The position numbers and the translations under genes were made by a program. Source: Candidatus Magasanikiibacteriota bacterium (lineage in GTDB: Bacteria > Patescibacteriota > Patescibacteriia > Magasanikbacterales > UBA922). Taken from it: a stretch of DNA of 64,000 nt. The notes under the pieces were generated by a model. That model ran no database searches. It had not been told where the DNA came from and saw nothing but the letters and a program-made list of their open reading frames with translations. Positions 1 to 9,364 of the stretch are shown piece after piece. The stretch spans positions 8,385 to 72,384 of the forward strand of contig JABIFP010000020.1 of the NCBI GenBank assembly GCA_018650645.1, written 5' to 3'. Every line of letters starts with the position of its first letter. Positions within the stretch are counted from its first letter, which is position 1.

Positions 1-919
1 ATTTTTCATTCAAGTTACACGCTCGTTCAAGAAGACGTGAATGCAAGTAGAATACATCTCCAGGATACGCTTCTCGACCCGGTGGTCGTCTTAAAAGCAG
101 CGACATCTCTCGATACGCCCAAGCTTGCTTTGTAAGATCATCGTAAATTACTAAAACATCTTTTCCCTTGTCTGCAAAATATTCTGCAATTGTTACACCA
201 GCATATGGTGCAAGGTAACTCATTGGTGCAGGTTCTGATGCACCAGCAGAAACTACTGTAGTGTATTCCATTGCTCCTGCTTCTTGCAGTTTAGCAACAA
301 TTCTGGCAACCTTTGATTCTTTCTGCCCAATAGCTACGTATACACAGATCATGTCTTGTCCTTTTTGATTCAAAATTGCATCGATTGCAACCGCGGTCTT
401 TCCTGTCTGACGGTCACCAATAATAAGCTCACGCTGCCCACGTCCAATTGGAATAAGTGCATCAATGGCCTTAATACCAGTTTGCATTGGTCGGTTTACC
501 GGTTCACGTGTCATTACACCAGGAGCAACGCGTTCAATTGGATATGTCTCTTTTGTTTTAATTTCTCCTTTTCCATCGATTGATTTACCAAGCGCATTCA
601 CTACGCGTCCAACCATGCCTTCTCCAACAGGGATAGACATAATTTTTCCGGTTCGCTTTACCGTATCTCCTTCTTTAATCTGTCTTGATTCTCCTAAAAT
701 AATAGCACCAACTGTTTCTTCTTCAAGATTCAGGGCAAGTCCCATTGTTCCGTCTTCAAATTCAAGCATTTCTTGCGCCTGACATGCTTCTAGTCCAATC
801 ATGCGCGCAATTCCGTCACCAACTTCAATAACAGTTCCAACTTCTGTGACGTCAGCTCCTTTTTTAAATCCGTCGATATTTTTTTTCAGTGATGCAATCA
901 CTTGATCTGTATAACTCAT
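1..919 (-). CDS. atpA: ATP synthase F1 alpha subunit, N-terminal part; gene continues past the window start
   Basis: Minus-strand translation from the ATG at 917-919 reads [20 protein letters not shown]... with a P-loop GDRQTGKT and the alpha-subunit hallmark motifs. It is the last gene of an atp operon. Confidence 0.9.
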   Translation of the reverse strand, partial: MSYTDQVIASLKKNIDGFKKGADVTEVGTVIEVGDGIARMIGLEACQAQEMLEFEDGTMGLALNLEEETVGAIILGESRQIKEGDTVKRTGKIMSIPVGEGMVGRVVNALGKSIDGKGEIKTKETYPIERVAPGVMTREPVNRPMQTGIKAIDALIPIGRGQRELIIGDRQTGKTAVAIDAILNQKGQDMICVYVAIGQKESKVARIVAKLQEAGAMEYTTVVSAGASEPAPMSYLAPYAGVTIAEYFADKGKDVLVIYDDLTKQAWAYREMSLLLRRPPGREAYPGDVFYLHSRLLERACNLNEK

Positions 920-950
920 ATGCAGTGTGTTGTTTTATGAAGATTTGAAT

Positions 951-1334
951 TTATAGTGTGTGTTTCATTCGACTAAGTTGCGCTTTTACACTCGCGTCCA
1001 GAATTTTATTTCCGGCCTGTGCAACCACTCCCCCGATAATTGCACTGTCCTCAGCAACTGTTGTCTCTACTTTATCACCAAATATTTTTTCAATTTGTGA
1101 CACGAGCTGCTTAGGTGCTTTTCTCGCCGTCGTGATTTTGAGATCCACAATCCCTTGCTGCTTCTTACTATATCTGTCGAATGCTTCTATAATGTATGGC
1201 ATTTTTGAGATAAGCTGTTTCTCTTGAAGCAAATGCATAAACTCTTTCGTTGCCGCATCAAGCTCCTTTCCGCTTTTCCCTTCGGTCACCTCGTAGAGGA
1301 TTTTTCCTAGTTGTTCTGGAATTAATGCTGGCAT
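951..1334 (-). CDS. atpH: ATP synthase delta (OSCP) subunit, short form (127 aa)
   Basis: Sits between atpF and atpA in the canonical operon order and has OSCP-like helical composition. It is shorter than typical delta subunits. Confidence 0.7.
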   Translation of the reverse strand: MPALIPEQLGKILYEVTEGKSGKELDAATKEFMHLLQEKQLISKMPYIIEAFDRYSKKQQGIVDLKITTARKAPKQLVSQIEKIFGDKVETTVAEDSAIIGGVVAQAGNKILDASVKAQLSRMKHTL

Positions 1335-1336
1335 AA

Positions 1337-1846
1337 TTATGCTTTAAGTGATCCAAGAATTTCTTGAATGTATGTTTCATCTTTTTTTCCATCCATTCTT
1401 TCTCCAAGAACTTTTTCTACTGCTAATACAACCAATTCAACTGTTTCCTTTCGGAGCGTATCTTTCATGTCTTGCTTATCAATATCGATATTCTTTTTTG
1501 CCTGTGCAATAAGTGATTCGATTTCTGTCTTCGCTTTATTTTTCATGTCTTCAGCCACCTGCTTAGAATCGTCATGTGACTGCTCTACTACTTTATTTGC
1601 AGCTACTTTTGCTTCGTCAATGATTCCTTGCGCTTTCTGCTCTGCCATTTGCAATTCAGATTGAGATTTTTTGTAGTTATCCATTCCTTCTTTCATTTTC
1701 TCTTGGCGCTCATTAATCACTTTCATGATTGGCCCAAAGGCATACCTTTTCAGTACCCAATAAATGATAAGGAAGTTAATAAGGTTAAATAACCCCATTC
1801 TCCAGTCAAACCCGATTTTTCCTAATGTTTCTAAAATAAATTCCAT
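1337..1846 (-). CDS. atpF: ATP synthase F0 subunit b
   Basis: N-terminal transmembrane helix followed by a long charged helix (KAQGIIDEAK...), in operon context. Confidence 0.85.
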   Translation of the reverse strand: MEFILETLGKIGFDWRMGLFNLINFLIIYWVLKRYAFGPIMKVINERQEKMKEGMDNYKKSQSELQMAEQKAQGIIDEAKVAANKVVEQSHDDSKQVAEDMKNKAKTEIESLIAQAKKNIDIDKQDMKDTLRKETVELVVLAVEKVLGERMDGKKDETYIQEILGSLKA

Positions 1847-1925
1847 ATATTTTTCTTTTCTTCTGATAAGAGAGGGTCTGTAGAGCGTTGCTCCACAGAG
1901 CTCCCCCTACAAGAGGGCATGCTTA

Positions 1926-2147
1926 CTATACAATGAAGAAAGCAACCAATGCGTAGATCGCAGTAGATTCTGCAAGTGCTACACCAATGAACATCTTTGT
2001 GAAGAGGTTTCCTTCGAGCTTTGGATTTCTTCCAATAGCTTCGATAGTCTTACCAATGAGGTATCCTTCACCAATACCTGAACCACCCATTGTTACGGTA
2101 CAAAGACCTTTCGCAATAAGTCGTGCTGAGTCTACATCTAATTCCAT
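1926..2147 (-). CDS. atpE: ATP synthase F0 subunit c (73 aa)
   Basis: Two-helix proteolipid with a GxGxGxG motif and a conserved acidic residue in helix 2 (ALAESTAIY). Confidence 0.9.
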   Translation of the reverse strand: MELDVDSARLIAKGLCTVTMGGSGIGEGYLIGKTIEAIGRNPKLEGNLFTKMFIGVALAESTAIYALVAFFIV

Positions 2148-2176
2148 ACGCGTATGGTTATCAATAACTAAGTAAA

Positions 2177-2968
2177 TTATTCTTCAACTTCTTCTGGCTT
2201 CGTCACAGCTAGCGAGTAATACGCAGCAGTTAGCGCCCCAAACACCATCGCTTGTAACACGGCAACAAATAAGTTGAAACCGAGCCACACTGATGGAACT
2301 ACGAGCGCGAACGCACCAAGTAATACTCCTGCCATGATTTCTCCGGCATACATATTTCCAAACAAACGAAGTGAGAGTGAAAACACTTTCGCTAATTCGG
2401 CAATGATGTCGAATAAACCAAGAATAAAGTCAATCAGGCCAAGGAAGCCTTTACCGATTCCTTGACGGAAACCAGTAAAGACACCCTTTATCTTAAAGAA
2501 TTTTCCAAGATGCCCAAAGAAGCCCACCGTTTGCATACTTGCATACTGCGTCAGCAAGATAATACCTAAGGCGACACTAAAGGTCATATTGAAATCATTT
2601 GTTGGGGTTCGGAACATAGTCACTCCATCGTAGGTAAACGATGTTACTCCCGGAAAGAGTGCCATGACGTTTGAGAAACCAAAAAAAACAAAAATGGTAC
2701 CAATAAGTGGCAACATTTTCTTTCCTGTTTCTTTTGAGTTTAAAATTTGTGATGTCAATCCGTAAAATCCTTCGATTGCAACTTCTACAGCAGTCTGAAA
2801 CTTGCTTGGGACGAGCTTTGCTTTTTTACGTACAACCACGGCAAGCACTGTCAAAATTATAGTAGCAATAATTCCCAGTAACATTGCGTTGCTGATTGGC
2901 ATACCAAAAATCTCAAAAAGTGTTTCTGGTTTTACTGGAGCTGGATCAGATGAGTATTGAAACCACAT
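2177..2968 (-). CDS. atpB: ATP synthase F0 subunit a
   Basis: Multi-pass membrane protein with the LSLRLFGNMYAGE motif characteristic of subunit a. Confidence 0.9.
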   Translation of the reverse strand: MWFQYSSDPAPVKPETLFEIFGMPISNAMLLGIIATIILTVLAVVVRKKAKLVPSKFQTAVEVAIEGFYGLTSQILNSKETGKKMLPLIGTIFVFFGFSNVMALFPGVTSFTYDGVTMFRTPTNDFNMTFSVALGIILLTQYASMQTVGFFGHLGKFFKIKGVFTGFRQGIGKGFLGLIDFILGLFDIIAELAKVFSLSLRLFGNMYAGEIMAGVLLGAFALVVPSVWLGFNLFVAVLQAMVFGALTAAYYSLAVTKPEEVEE

Positions 2969-2971
2969 ATA

Positions 2972-3259
2972 CTATTTTTTTTCGTTTAAGAGTTCGTCTT
3001 CCCTTGCGTCTAGCGCACGGAAGTCCTTTGCTAGCTTTCTATACATTTGGATAATGATAACCCAAGACGTAATAAATCCAAGTCCTCCCATGGCAATTGA
3101 CCCAAACGGCCGCATGTCATATGTCTGATCCAAATATGCTCCAGCAAAATAGGCCACAAATGCAGGAACACCAAATACGACGACCACTTGGAGCATCATA
3201 ATGAATGTTTTGTGCATGAGCGCTTCTTTTTTTGCTCTGACCTTATCTAGCTCTGACAT
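2972..3259 (-). CDS. small membrane protein upstream of atpB, AtpI/AtpZ-like
   Basis: 95 aa with two predicted transmembrane helices, immediately upstream of atpB as the first gene of the atp operon. Confidence 0.4.
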   Translation of the reverse strand: MSELDKVRAKKEALMHKTFIMMLQVVVVFGVPAFVAYFAGAYLDQTYDMRPFGSIAMGGLGFITSWVIIIQMYRKLAKDFRALDAREDELLNEKK

Positions 3260-3451
3260 AAATAGGAAAATGAAAACGCGATTATTATAGAGGATTTTGG
3301 CTGTGGAGTCAACAGGTGTTTTGCTTTTGCCATGTTAATAACTTTTGCTAAGCTTAGCCAAATATTGAATTTGATGCAGATTGGCAGGCCGCTGTCAAGT
3401 GTCATATCTATTGACATATCTGATTGATGTTGTTCTCACGTTTTTTTGTAC

Positions 3452-3478
3452 AAAAAAATCGCCCTAAAGCGATTTTTC
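3452..3478. terminator. intrinsic terminator hairpin (AATCGC/GCGATT) flanked by A- and T-runs
   Basis: The stem-loop lies directly after the stop codon (3487) of the minus-strand gene, and poly-A/poly-T runs flank it on both sides. Confidence 0.5.
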
Positions 3479-3486
3479 TGCTGCAT

Positions 3487-3870
3487 TTAGGCAACAAACC
3501 CAAAGTACGCAAATACGAGTCCAAGAATCCAGCACATTGGTGTGACCATTTTTTTGATATTTTCTGCCTTGAGAAACCCTTTGAACATCCCCATTGAATT
3601 TGGAAATGCGAGCAAAAAGACACCTTTAACGAGTGCGAGCCACCCAAGAAGTGTTACAAGCACCGTCCAGTCCCGTTCCCACATGTTGTGGTTAGTGACT
3701 AAGAGCATACCCAAGATCAGTGACATCATGCCTCCAAGGAGCTTAAAGGCTGAATTCTCGATCATCTTACCAAGTTCCTGCTTATAGTACCCAGGACTTA
3801 GCGACATACCTACGGCCATTGATAGGTACGCTACTGCAGCAATTCTTGCTACAAGAAGTGAAGTATCCAT
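3487..3870 (-). CDS. hypothetical integral membrane protein (127 aa, four predicted TM helices)
   Basis: Hydrophobic helices span the ORF. There is a clean terminator downstream and no recognizable motif. Confidence 0.5.
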   Translation of the reverse strand: MDTSLLVARIAAVAYLSMAVGMSLSPGYYKQELGKMIENSAFKLLGGMMSLILGMLLVTNHNMWERDWTVLVTLLGWLALVKGVFLLAFPNSMGMFKGFLKAENIKKMVTPMCWILGLVFAYFGFVA

Positions 3871-3924
3871 ACGACATTGCGTTATGGTGAATGATGGGTA
3901 TAGTATAGCACTTTTTTGCGCAAA

Positions 3925-5406
3925 TTACGCTAGCTTTTCCCACTCTTCTGCCCCCGCCACAAACTCACTCTTAATTTGCTCAAAGTATGCACTTGCACTT
4001 TCATAATCATTTTGCACTTTTCCATCTAAAATTGCTTCTTCAATAGCTTTTTTAATTTTTCCAATTGTTGGACCTGGCTTTAACCCACACTCTTCAATAA
4101 TTTCTTCTCCGCGTACAGGCGATTGGAATGCTCGGAGTTCATCTTTTTCTCTAATTTCTGCAATACGTTTTTCTAACTCATCATAATTTTTGAGTCGTTT
4201 TACTTTTTTCTTTTGATTCCCCGTTGTAATATCTGCGCGGCACAGTGTCAGTAAGTCATCCAAAGAATCACCTTGGTTTACAAACAGACGGCGAACAGCA
4301 CTATCTGTTACGCCATTATCCATTAATGCGATTGGCTGCAAATGCCATCGCACCAATTCACTTACAAAATGCGTATCATTTTTACTAAACCGAAGTTTAC
4401 GCATAATGTCTTTACACATTTTACGCCCTAAATGTTCATGCATATCAAACGTCCAACCTCTTCCCTCTGCAAACTTTTTTGTTGGTGGTTTTGCAATATC
4501 ATGCATAAGCCCCGCAAAACAAAGAAGTGCGTTTCCTCCCTGCTGTGCTATACCATCTACTACCGCAAAGGTGTGTGACAGATTATCTTTATGAGTGTAT
4601 CCAGCAACTTCTTCTACACCTGCTAGCTCTGTCACTTCTGGCAAACACTGATCCATGAGTTTTGCACCATGCATAAGCCATAGCCCAATTGACGGTACTT
4701 TTGCACCCATAAGCTTCATAAGTTCCTCCTGCACACGTTCTGCAGACACAATAGAAAGCCGTTCACGATTTTTATGCATTGAAAGCAGTACTGATTCTTC
4801 AATTGAAAAATCGAGCTGCGCTGCAAAGCGAGCCGCGCGAAGCATGCGCAGTGGATCGTCAAAAAATGTCTCATCCGGATCAAGCGGTGTAATAAGTTTT
4901 TTGTTTATAATTGCTTCCTTACCATTATACGGATCAACCACGTCACCTAGTGACCCATCTGGATGTACTTTCTGCGCCATTGCATTACACGTAAAATCTC
5001 TTCGTGAAAGATCTTGCTCGATTGTCGCAGGTTCTACTACAGGCTTCCGTGATTCACTTCTATACGATTCACTTCGGGCGCCTGCAAATTCCACTTCAAA
5101 AAGTACCTTTGTTTTTTCTCCTTCTGCCTCTTCTATATATACGTATCTTGCTGTATCGAAGTCTTCAAACTCGATGAGTCTTCCCTGCTCTTCTCCTTCA
5201 TACGCCAAATATGCCCTTGCAAATTCAAGTCCACTGCCGGCTACCACTACATCAATATCTTTCTTTTGATTTCTGCCCATAATGGCATCTCGAACAAATC
5301 CACCAACAACATACGCCTCAGTTTGCTGAGCGCTACTAATTTTTCCGATTGTGCTTAAAATATGTGCGTCATTCATAGTGCTGCGACTGTACACTAAAAT
5401 AGCCAA
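3925..5406 (-). CDS. cca: tRNA nucleotidyltransferase (CCA-adding) / poly(A) polymerase family protein with HD domain
   Basis: GGFVRD...DIDV nucleotidyltransferase head, an RRDFTCNAMA motif and a C-terminal HD (HDIAKP) domain. The true start may be the internal Met at about 5376, because the annotated 5' end overlaps uppP. Confidence 0.8.
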   Translation of the reverse strand: MAILVYSRSTMNDAHILSTIGKISSAQQTEAYVVGGFVRDAIMGRNQKKDIDVVVAGSGLEFARAYLAYEGEEQGRLIEFEDFDTARYVYIEEAEGEKTKVLFEVEFAGARSESYRSESRKPVVEPATIEQDLSRRDFTCNAMAQKVHPDGSLGDVVDPYNGKEAIINKKLITPLDPDETFFDDPLRMLRAARFAAQLDFSIEESVLLSMHKNRERLSIVSAERVQEELMKLMGAKVPSIGLWLMHGAKLMDQCLPEVTELAGVEEVAGYTHKDNLSHTFAVVDGIAQQGGNALLCFAGLMHDIAKPPTKKFAEGRGWTFDMHEHLGRKMCKDIMRKLRFSKNDTHFVSELVRWHLQPIALMDNGVTDSAVRRLFVNQGDSLDDLLTLCRADITTGNQKKKVKRLKNYDELEKRIAEIREKDELRAFQSPVRGEEIIEECGLKPGPTIGKIKKAIEEAILDGKVQNDYESASAYFEQIKSEFVAGAEEWEKLA

Positions 5407-6182
5407 AGAATCAAGATACCAATTAATACTCTATATACGGCAAATGGCATAAAGCCTCGTTTTTCTACAAGCTTCATCAGAAATGAAATAGCTGCATATC
5501 CACTCAAAGCAGCTGCAATTGCGCCAGCAAGGAGCATTCCGAGGTGCTCAATAGCTACACCAGAGGTAGCGGCTTCCAAAATTTTCATAACTCCTGCTGC
5601 AGCAATCACCGGCACACTCATTAAAAAAGAAAACTCTGCGGCCTGCTTTCTAGACACTCCTGCAAATAATCCTGCTGTCATGGTAATTCCTGATCTACTT
5701 GTTCCTGGAATAAGCGCGAGTGCTTGTGCACAGGCAATGAAAAATCCTTTTTTTGCGGTAACTTCTTTTCCTTGTCTGCCTTGCTGCAATTTGTCTGCAA
5801 GCGCCAGCATTATTCCCCAAAAAATAAGTGAATATGCCACTATCGAGGGGTCTCTTAGTGTGGACTCAATTGAATCGCCAAATAATACCCCAATAATCCC
5901 CGCTGGAATTATTGAAAGCGCAATAATCCATGCCATTTTTGTTTGCAGATTATTTTGCTGCGTTGGTTTAAATACTGCTTTAATATATTGCAAAAGTGTT
6001 GTACGAAAAAACCACACAACGGCAACAAGTGTTCCCATGTGAACAACAACATCAAACAAAAGCCCTTGATCTGCCCAACCAAATAGTTTTGGTAAAAAAA
6101 TTAAATGTCCTGATGAAGAAACTGGGAGAAACTCTGTAATTCCCTGAACAATTCCTAAAATAATTCCTTGTAATAGTTCCAT
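5394..6182 (-). CDS. uppP: undecaprenyl-diphosphatase (BacA/UppP)
   Basis: The N-terminus GITEFLPVSSSGHL is the UppP signature. The protein is multi-pass membrane. Confidence 0.9.
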   Translation of the reverse strand: MELLQGIILGIVQGITEFLPVSSSGHLIFLPKLFGWADQGLLFDVVVHMGTLVAVVWFFRTTLLQYIKAVFKPTQQNNLQTKMAWIIALSIIPAGIIGVLFGDSIESTLRDPSIVAYSLIFWGIMLALADKLQQGRQGKEVTAKKGFFIACAQALALIPGTSRSGITMTAGLFAGVSRKQAAEFSFLMSVPVIAAAGVMKILEAATSGVAIEHLGMLLAGAIAAALSGYAAISFLMKLVEKRGFMPFAVYRVLIGILILWLF

Positions 6183-6253
6183 AGAATCCTATTGTATCAT
6201 ATTGGCTCTTGACGACCTATAGCCACTATTATAGTGTATACACATAGTCCTGA

Positions 6254-6565
6254 ATGAATCTTTGGAGTGACCACGTGGATAGATTTTTCGTTCCGCTTTG
6301 TTTTGGTGCGATCACCGCTGTTATTGCTTTTACGATGTGGATTGGTGATACCAGTACACCCGTTCCCAAAAAAATGGTGAGCGAGGCGCTAGCAAACGCT
6401 ACTTGCAAAATCGACAATGCGGTACCCGCAGGTACCTGCAAGATTGACTGCGAGCTAGATGAGGCGCTGGCCCAACAGCATCAAAAGAAGCGCATTACGG
6501 TGACTGGAAGAACGTGCTTCAAGCTGAAAAGTCGGCTACATGCCGCATCAGCAGACGCTCAGTAG
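6254..6565 (+). CDS. hypothetical small membrane-anchored protein in a GC-rich islet
   Basis: One N-terminal TM helix and an internal near-duplicate peptide (ATCKIDNAVPAGTCKIDCELD). It is followed by two hairpins, one with a T-run. Coding status is uncertain. Confidence 0.25.
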   Translation: MNLWSDHVDRFFVPLCFGAITAVIAFTMWIGDTSTPVPKKMVSEALANATCKIDNAVPAGTCKIDCELDEALAQQHQKKRITVTGRTCFKLKSRLHAASADAQ

Positions 6566-6583
6566 CCGAGACAATCCATCGCC

Positions 6584-6641
6584 GCGGCGCTCTCACATAG
6601 AGCGCCGCATTTTCAATATTACGCATTATGCGTTTTTTTTA
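6584..6641 (+). terminator. tandem hairpins (GCGGCGCTCT/AGAGCGCCGC, then ACGCAT/ATGCGT plus T8)
   Basis: A perfect 10-bp stem-loop is followed by a second hairpin that ends in eight T. Confidence 0.5.
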
Positions 6642-6658
6642 TCCACTGCTATTAATAG

Positions 6659-6687
6659 TTGACAAAAACACTAATCTGCGCTAGTAT
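6659..6687 (+). promoter_or_regulatory. sigma70-like promoter: TTGACA, 17-bp spacer, TAGTAT
   Basis: Consensus -35 and a good -10 lie about 45 nt upstream of the AAGGAGG ribosome-binding site and the ATG of the response-regulator gene. Confidence 0.45.
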
Positions 6688-6730
6688 TAGTTAATTCACC
6701 CAGACAGAAAATACAAACCAAGGAGGTTTC

Positions 6731-7174
6731 ATGGACGGGGAATTGCGGGTTTTGATCGTAGATGACGATGCGCCAGTGCTCACGTCACTTGAGCGAGGAT
6801 TTCGGTCCTTCGTGCGTAAAGCTGATGGTGAGCTTGTCATCACAGCTGTCCGCGCCAGAGATGGCAAGGAGGCTCTCGAGCAGCTCACCTCATCGCGCTT
6901 CGACATCATGATCACCGATGTCGACATGCCCACCATGAATGGAATTGAGCTGCTGAAGCGAGTCTTTAACGGCGAGCGAGATCACATACCGCCGATCATC
7001 CACGCATGGACCGGTGGCAATCACAACCGGCTGCAGGAACTGGAGAATCCTGCAAACAACTGTGGCGCCGCCTACACCCATGGCGTGAAGGAAGAACTGG
7101 TTCAGCGGGTACGAGAGCTGGCCAACAAGGCCATCGCTTTCAAAGAAAGCAAGGAGAAGCAAGAGGCCGCCTAG
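6731..7174 (+). CDS. stand-alone response-regulator receiver (REC) domain protein (CheY-like, no output domain)
   Basis: Carries LIVDDD...DIMITDVDMPTMNGIELLK, the REC acidic pocket and phospho-acceptor Asp. It has a strong Shine-Dalgarno sequence and is GC-rich relative to its neighbours. Confidence 0.8.
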   Translation: MDGELRVLIVDDDAPVLTSLERGFRSFVRKADGELVITAVRARDGKEALEQLTSSRFDIMITDVDMPTMNGIELLKRVFNGERDHIPPIIHAWTGGNHNRLQELENPANNCGAAYTHGVKEELVQRVRELANKAIAFKESKEKQEAA

Positions 7175-7206
7175 ACCACCCTGGTCTAGGCGGCCGCAAA
7201 CACAAA

Positions 7207-7233
7207 GACGGCCTTCGGGCCGTCCTTTCTTAT
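7207..7233 (+). terminator. intrinsic terminator (GACGGCC ttcg GGCCGTC plus T-run)
   Basis: A GC-rich 7-bp stem with a UUCG loop is followed by CTTTCTTATTTT, immediately 3' of the REC gene. Confidence 0.6.
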
Positions 7234-7234
7234 T

Positions 7235-8419
7235 TTAGAACTGCTGCGCAATGCTCACACCCATTCCACCTAGTAAAAGAAGGAGTAATACTATACTAAG
7301 CACCTTTACACTCACTGCGCGCGAGGGCTTCATATATACATCTCCTATATGCAGTGCTTTGATAAATATAAGCACCACCAAAATCATTTGAATACTAACA
7401 AGGATTCCCCCAACAGCACCAAGCACACCAATAAAACTCGTTATACCCAGTGTAAACAGTAGCAGTGGCAATCCTAATACAACCACACCACTTACTCTTT
7501 TTGAAAAAGACAAATCCCACTCACATGAATGCTTAAGCGCAAGCCCCACAAGCAAAAAACTCGTTGCCATAGCAATAACAGCAAACGCATTCCCTAAATA
7601 CACCATTTGCGGACCAACCACACTGCCAAGGCCAATGGTTGCAATCTGCGTTGTCTGCCCCCCAGTGACAGAAACAATCATAAACGCAAACAGCGCATAA
7701 AGCACCGTGGTAATTGAACCCGCCAAAATGACAGCCTTTGTAAATTGCTTTTTTTTCTTTGGTAAAAGTGCATGCGCTTCTGGCACTGCCGAGACAGCGC
7801 TAAACGCAAATAAACTCACTCCATACGGAATGGCAAACTTTGCTAAATCATAAAACATCAGATTTTCTACAGAAATATGTGGCGCGCTCACGGCAGACAT
7901 AAAAAATATAATCAAGAGCATGCCAAGACTGAGTACAAGCTCGACTGTCTTCATTGTTTTAATGCCACGCATGACAAGGAGCGAAGCAAAGATCCAGAAC
8001 CCGACTGAAAACACAAATGCACTTCCGCCAAACATCGCCGCCAGTGTTTCACCCACACCAATAATATAAATGAGCATGCCGGAAAGCATCGAGACGTAAA
8101 AGGCAAACATCATGATCACCTCTCCTGTTCTGCCAAGATATGTTCTTGCAAGGCCTACAAGCTGTAATGATTTTCCTGTATGTGCGCAGACTGTTGCTAG
8201 TAGCACATGCATAATCATCATCGCAATTCCAAGCGCAACAATGAGTAACACTCCAGGCAGTACTCCAACTTGCGCAACCGCATATGGAATTCCAAGTACC
8301 CCCGCGCCAATAGTTGCGCTCACAATCAGTGCAACAGCCTGCCACATGGTCAGCTGTTTTCTAAAAAATCCTAAATATTGTTTGACAGGCGTATGCATAA
8401 TGCAGAAAGTATACCACAA
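7235..8419 (-). CDS. amino-acid permease (APC/HAAAP-type transporter)
   Basis: About 11-12 TM helices and an IGAGVLGIPYA motif typical of aromatic and hydroxy amino-acid permeases. Confidence 0.65.
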   Translation of the reverse strand: MWYTFCIMHTPVKQYLGFFRKQLTMWQAVALIVSATIGAGVLGIPYAVAQVGVLPGVLLIVALGIAMMIMHVLLATVCAHTGKSLQLVGLARTYLGRTGEVIMMFAFYVSMLSGMLIYIIGVGETLAAMFGGSAFVFSVGFWIFASLLVMRGIKTMKTVELVLSLGMLLIIFFMSAVSAPHISVENLMFYDLAKFAIPYGVSLFAFSAVSAVPEAHALLPKKKKQFTKAVILAGSITTVLYALFAFMIVSVTGGQTTQIATIGLGSVVGPQMVYLGNAFAVIAMATSFLLVGLALKHSCEWDLSFSKRVSGVVVLGLPLLLFTLGITSFIGVLGAVGGILVSIQMILVVLIFIKALHIGDVYMKPSRAVSVKVLSIVLLLLLLGGMGVSIAQQF

Positions 8420-8451
8420 AAAAAGCAGCGTGAGTGCGCTGCCTTTTTATG

Positions 8452-9039
8452 CTATTGTTTTGAAATGTGAATTTGCAGTAATGTTTGATCTAGTTCTTTT
8501 ATCACATCTGCATTTTCTGCTTGTACAAGATCCTCTCCATCCGTAATCAATCCTGCATCCATATTGCGTCCATTTGCAGTTCTATCCTTATCGTCTGGAA
8601 GCGCAAGATTATTGATCATAATATATGTATCATCTTCCCCAAGGAGTTTTGTGACACCACTCATACCGTACAGAGTGTGATCTGTGTCTTCTTCTGGAAG
8701 TGTGATGATAAATTCTTCAGTATCTCCACTCTTTAGTTTACCCTTTACTACAATTACCTGCGCAACTCCTGGAAGTGCTTCTAAATACGCCTTATACTCT
8801 TCTACATTTCCATCCTCTGCGAGTGATCCGAATTCAGTAGGTGCAATTTTATTCTTATAATTCAAGTTCGCCTCTGCTTTATGAAGCATGTATACTGAAT
8901 CAGATAGTGCTGCATCGGCAGAAACGTTTGATACCGTAACTCTAAACTGATGCTCCCCTAGCGCTTCTGGTGTAGATCCACATCCAGTTAGAGCAAGTAA
9001 AGCCGTTCCAATAAGAAGTCCTTTTGTATATGTATTCAT
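8452..9039 (-). CDS. lipoprotein (lipobox LLALTGC), function unknown
   Basis: A signal peptide is followed by a Cys lipobox when translation starts at the internal Met, so the listed ORF start is likely too long. The mature part is acidic and soluble. Confidence 0.5.
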   Translation of the reverse strand: MNTYTKGLLIGTALLALTGCGSTPEALGEHQFRVTVSNVSADAALSDSVYMLHKAEANLNYKNKIAPTEFGSLAEDGNVEEYKAYLEALPGVAQVIVVKGKLKSGDTEEFIITLPEEDTDHTLYGMSGVTKLLGEDDTYIMINNLALPDDKDRTANGRNMDAGLITDGEDLVQAENADVIKELDQTLLQIHISKQ

Positions 9040-9149
9040 ACTAATATAATCGATTATGTCCATATCATAGCGCAGAGCGCTCCTGTGCGCAAGTGTTCTT
9101 GACAGCATGGCTAAAGCTCGATATACTGTTGGGGCATTCAAATTGAAAT

Positions 9150-9223
9150 GCGCGCCTAGCTCAGTTGGTTAGAGCATCTCGTTTACACCGAGAGGGTCAG
9201 GGGTTCGAATCCCTTGGCGCGCA
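9150..9223 (+). tRNA. tRNA-Val (anticodon TAC)
   Basis: Cloverleaf with GCGCGCC/GGCGCGC acceptor stem, a GCTCAGTTGGTTAGAGC D-arm, anticodon loop TTTACAC and GGTTCGAATCC T-arm. CCA is not encoded. Confidence 0.9.
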
Positions 9224-9259
9224 CGAATGAGACCATCGCTACCGCTCATTTATGACGCA

Positions 9260-9288
9260 AAACACAGCCACTCACGGCTGTGTTTTGG
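9260..9288 (+). terminator. intrinsic terminator after tRNA-Val
   Basis: A CACAGCC/GGCTGTG stem is followed by TTTTGG. Confidence 0.5.
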
Positions 9289-9319
9289 TTTGTACGGCCA
9301 CCTCCAGGTCCCAGCATAA

Positions 9320-9350
9320 TAAAAACAGAGCCTCGCAGCTCTGTTTTTAT
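9320..9350. terminator. bidirectional intrinsic terminator
   Basis: A CAGAGC/GCTCTG stem is flanked by A5 and T5. Confidence 0.5.
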
Positions 9351-9364
9351 TTCTTTACGTAATA

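Noticed and set aside
356-782. Plus-strand ORFs (356-583, 465-782) overlapping atpA
   Set aside because: They lie antisense to, and fully inside, a well-supported atpA reading frame and have low-complexity translations. Spurious.
8049-8345. Cys-rich 98-aa minus-strand ORF inside the permease gene
   Set aside because: It is an out-of-frame overlap with the 394-aa transporter ORF on the same strand. Its Cys/Trp richness is a frame artefact of the hydrophobic-codon region.
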